The notes beneath the pieces were generated by a model, which worked only from the letters and a program-made list of their open reading frames with translations, was not told the origin of the DNA and did no database searches. A DNA stretch of 63,235 nucleotides, counting the filler, from Sphacelaria rigidula (Eukaryota): the NCBI GenBank assembly GCA_964200075.2. It is 6 parts of 6 records of this genome, joined end to end, with 100 filler letters (N's around TTAATTAATTAA, not from the genome) between each part and the next. Parts side by side here need not be neighbours in the genome. Positions count along the whole stretch, not along the records: positions 52,782 to 63,235 come from CAXNAA020006460.1; 5 more parts are not named here. The stretch is one strand, 5' to 3'. Shown here piece after piece: positions 61,262-63,235 of this stretch. A program made the position numbers and the translations under genes. Numbering within the stretch: position 1 is the first letter of the stretch; each line of letters opens with the position of its first letter.

Positions 61262-61765
61262 GTGTGCTCTCGATCATCCATGCCATAGTCATAAGACCAA
61301 TGGCCTCGCATCCCTATAAAGCCGGGGTGGAGCACTCCGGGTTTACGCCGGACCAGGCTCGCAATGAATCGCCAATCGCGAAGCGCCGAGATGTGTCCGG
61401 CGAGTCGCATCAAGGGTGGGCTGCGTCCGGCCATGATTGTTCTGTTCGGCCTGAGGCGTACTGATTGTCTTACATACGGAGGACAGCCTCCAATGAGTTG
61501 CTTCATTTTCTGGCATCGCCGCTTACAGAGATAGCCACGGGTTCCCCCTGCTTAATGGGTGTTTCATCAATGGAACACCATGTATTATAGTATGGTTGTC
61601 CCCTTTGCGCGGAGTTGAGGTTCTCCACCCTGCGCAATATTATCTCGCTCGACCACAATGATGGTAACCGCAAAAAAACGCAAGCGAGAAAGAAGCGGTA
61701 ACCCGGTTGCCTAGCTTACCCAGTGAGTGGCGTGTTTCACAGCGTTCTTGCCAACCGATGTCAAC
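61262..61765 (-). mobile_element. Family 1 retroposon, long copy
   Basis: Aligns with 21155-21660 and 3131-3590. Confidence 0.8.
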
Positions 61766-62280
61766 TTGGTAGAGGGAATATTCTCATGTATGTACATTGC
61801 AGGTTGCACTTGGAGGTGGTACAAGCCGTCATGCTCCGCTGCACTAAAGTTACAACCCAAGCCGTTTCATTGTTTCGAAGAACGCGGGTTTAATTCCTAG
61901 CAAATATTTTTTTTAGATTTTCCCCTGAAGGAGTATGTACCCGATGTCCATCATTTTAAAACGCGATTACGTCGGGTAGTAGTGGGAAAGGGGTTTCGTC
62001 ATTGAAATCTACGTGGTGCGGTGCTGCGCGGGAATGCTTTATGGAATGCGCGATTGAGCACCAAACTGCAAGGCATTTACCGATGACGGCGAGGGAGATG
62101 GGTTGTCTCATTGGACCACGGACTCGTGTCTCGAGGAAGAGGAGGGGTCACAAGTGGAACAGAATTGAAAGGGAAGAAAGTGGGCGGGGGGGCGGGCTTT
62201 TCATGTGCGTGTGTGTATGTGTGTGTGTGCAGTCTGGGTTCCATTGTGGGGTAATATTTTTGTTTCAAGCCATCATTTAG

Positions 62281-62956
62281 CAAATGTCTACACGTGACAC
62301 TCGTCACACTTCACATCGTGTCACGTTTCACGTCAAAAAGTAAGCCAGGCTAGTACTACGGTGGGGGACGGGGACCACGTGGAGAGCCCTGTTCGAAAAT
62401 CACGTTAAATCAGAGCTCGACATGCACCGTAGGTAAAATACCGTACCGAGCGTACCCCCGGTATTCACCGGAGTATCTCATACCGTGGTATGCGCAGGTA
62501 TGCGTAGGTATGAGTTTTGAAAATACCGCATTGGGCGAGTACGGCAGGCATCGAAATCTCGAAACACCCTGGTATCATGGGTATCTTAGGTATGATATTT
62601 GAAAATACCGGATTGGGCGGGTACGGTAGGTATTGAAATCTCATACCCTGGTATTATGGGTATCTTGGGTATGACACTTGAAAATACCGGATTGGGCGGG
62701 TACGGTAGGTATTGAAATCTCATAATACCCTGGTATCATAGGTATCGTAGGTATGACACTTGAAAATACCGGATTGGACCGGTATCGGTAGGATATGGTG
62801 TGTCCCAAATACCGGTACCGTGTACCTACCTTACCTACGGTACCTGTGCATTGCTCCCCACGTGGTCCCCGTCCTCCACCGTACTAGCCTGGCTTAACTT
62901 TTCACGACCTCTAGACGTGAAACGTGAAGGTGACGAGTGTAGCGTGTAGACCCTTG
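62281..62956. mobile_element. Nested inverted-repeat element: outer long-TIR MITE containing an inner element (62426-62841) with ~80-bp tandem repeats
   Basis: Outer arms gtctacacg..aagccaggctagtac..ggggaccacgtgg and its reverse complement ending gacccttg; inner termini accgtaggtaa / ttacctacggt; ttgaaaataccg recurs at 79-82-bp spacing. Confidence 0.78.
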
Positions 62957-63235
62957 CAAATGAACACCGTTTTAGAGGGGTTTTGTCGTGAAGTGCTTTG
63001 AGTCCTTCCGACCTACTGGAGGAGAAGGAGGAGAGGAGGACGAAGAGAAGGAGTAATGGAACGCGCAAGCGGTTTCTATCGCCACGATGCGGGTCCCTGC
63101 CCCCATATTCAAAAGAAACACGGTTAGGACGAATCGTCACGACTACGAATCACCGAATCCACGATTTCTTCGGCCTGATTTCCCACAAGGGAGAAAAAAG
63201 TTGGCCGCTGATCCAAGGGGTATCCACGCAACTTT

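Noticed and set aside
61262-61560. GIY-YIG/Penelope endonuclease in the family-1 retroposon (GET...RLAEH) or a hammerhead ribozyme
   Set aside because: GET and RLxEH are ~50 aa apart and in different frames; no CTGAnGA/GAAA hammerhead core found by eye

Overview
Eukaryotic nuclear DNA, most likely from a brown alga or related stramenopile (inferred from intron-rich genes, flagellar IFT140, a CHST-type sulfotransferase and the repeat content). It is NOT one locus. Five identical 100-bp linkers (44 N + TTAATTAATTAA + 44 N) join six contigs of 10458, 10457, 10456, 10455, 10455 and 10454 bp, i.e. sorted by length, so adjacency across linkers carries no meaning. Genes reconstructed by hand from splice sites are all partial: IFT140 (10 exons, +, contig 2); a carbohydrate sulfotransferase (6 exons, -, contig 3); a secreted, N-glycosylated PKD/Ig-like protein head-to-head with gamma-tubulin complex component GCP6 (contig 4); and a CK1/TTBK-like kinase probably spliced to a ~600-aa Pro/Gly-rich tail with a collagen-like stretch (contig 6). 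Contigs 1 and 5 are mostly repeats and degraded ORFs. Repeats include a decayed LINE with RT motifs, a tRNA-headed SINE, hAT-like TIR elements with 8-bp TSDs and ~42-bp internal arrays, foldback MITEs and a 1.7-kb inverted repeat. The most unusual items are two related 5'-truncated retroposon families that end in poly(C) with TSDs at G-runs, and two SPIRAL1/Jupiter-like PGG motifs inside GCP6. No CRISPR array, rRNA or intact tRNA was found. All family assignments come from motif recognition, not database searches.
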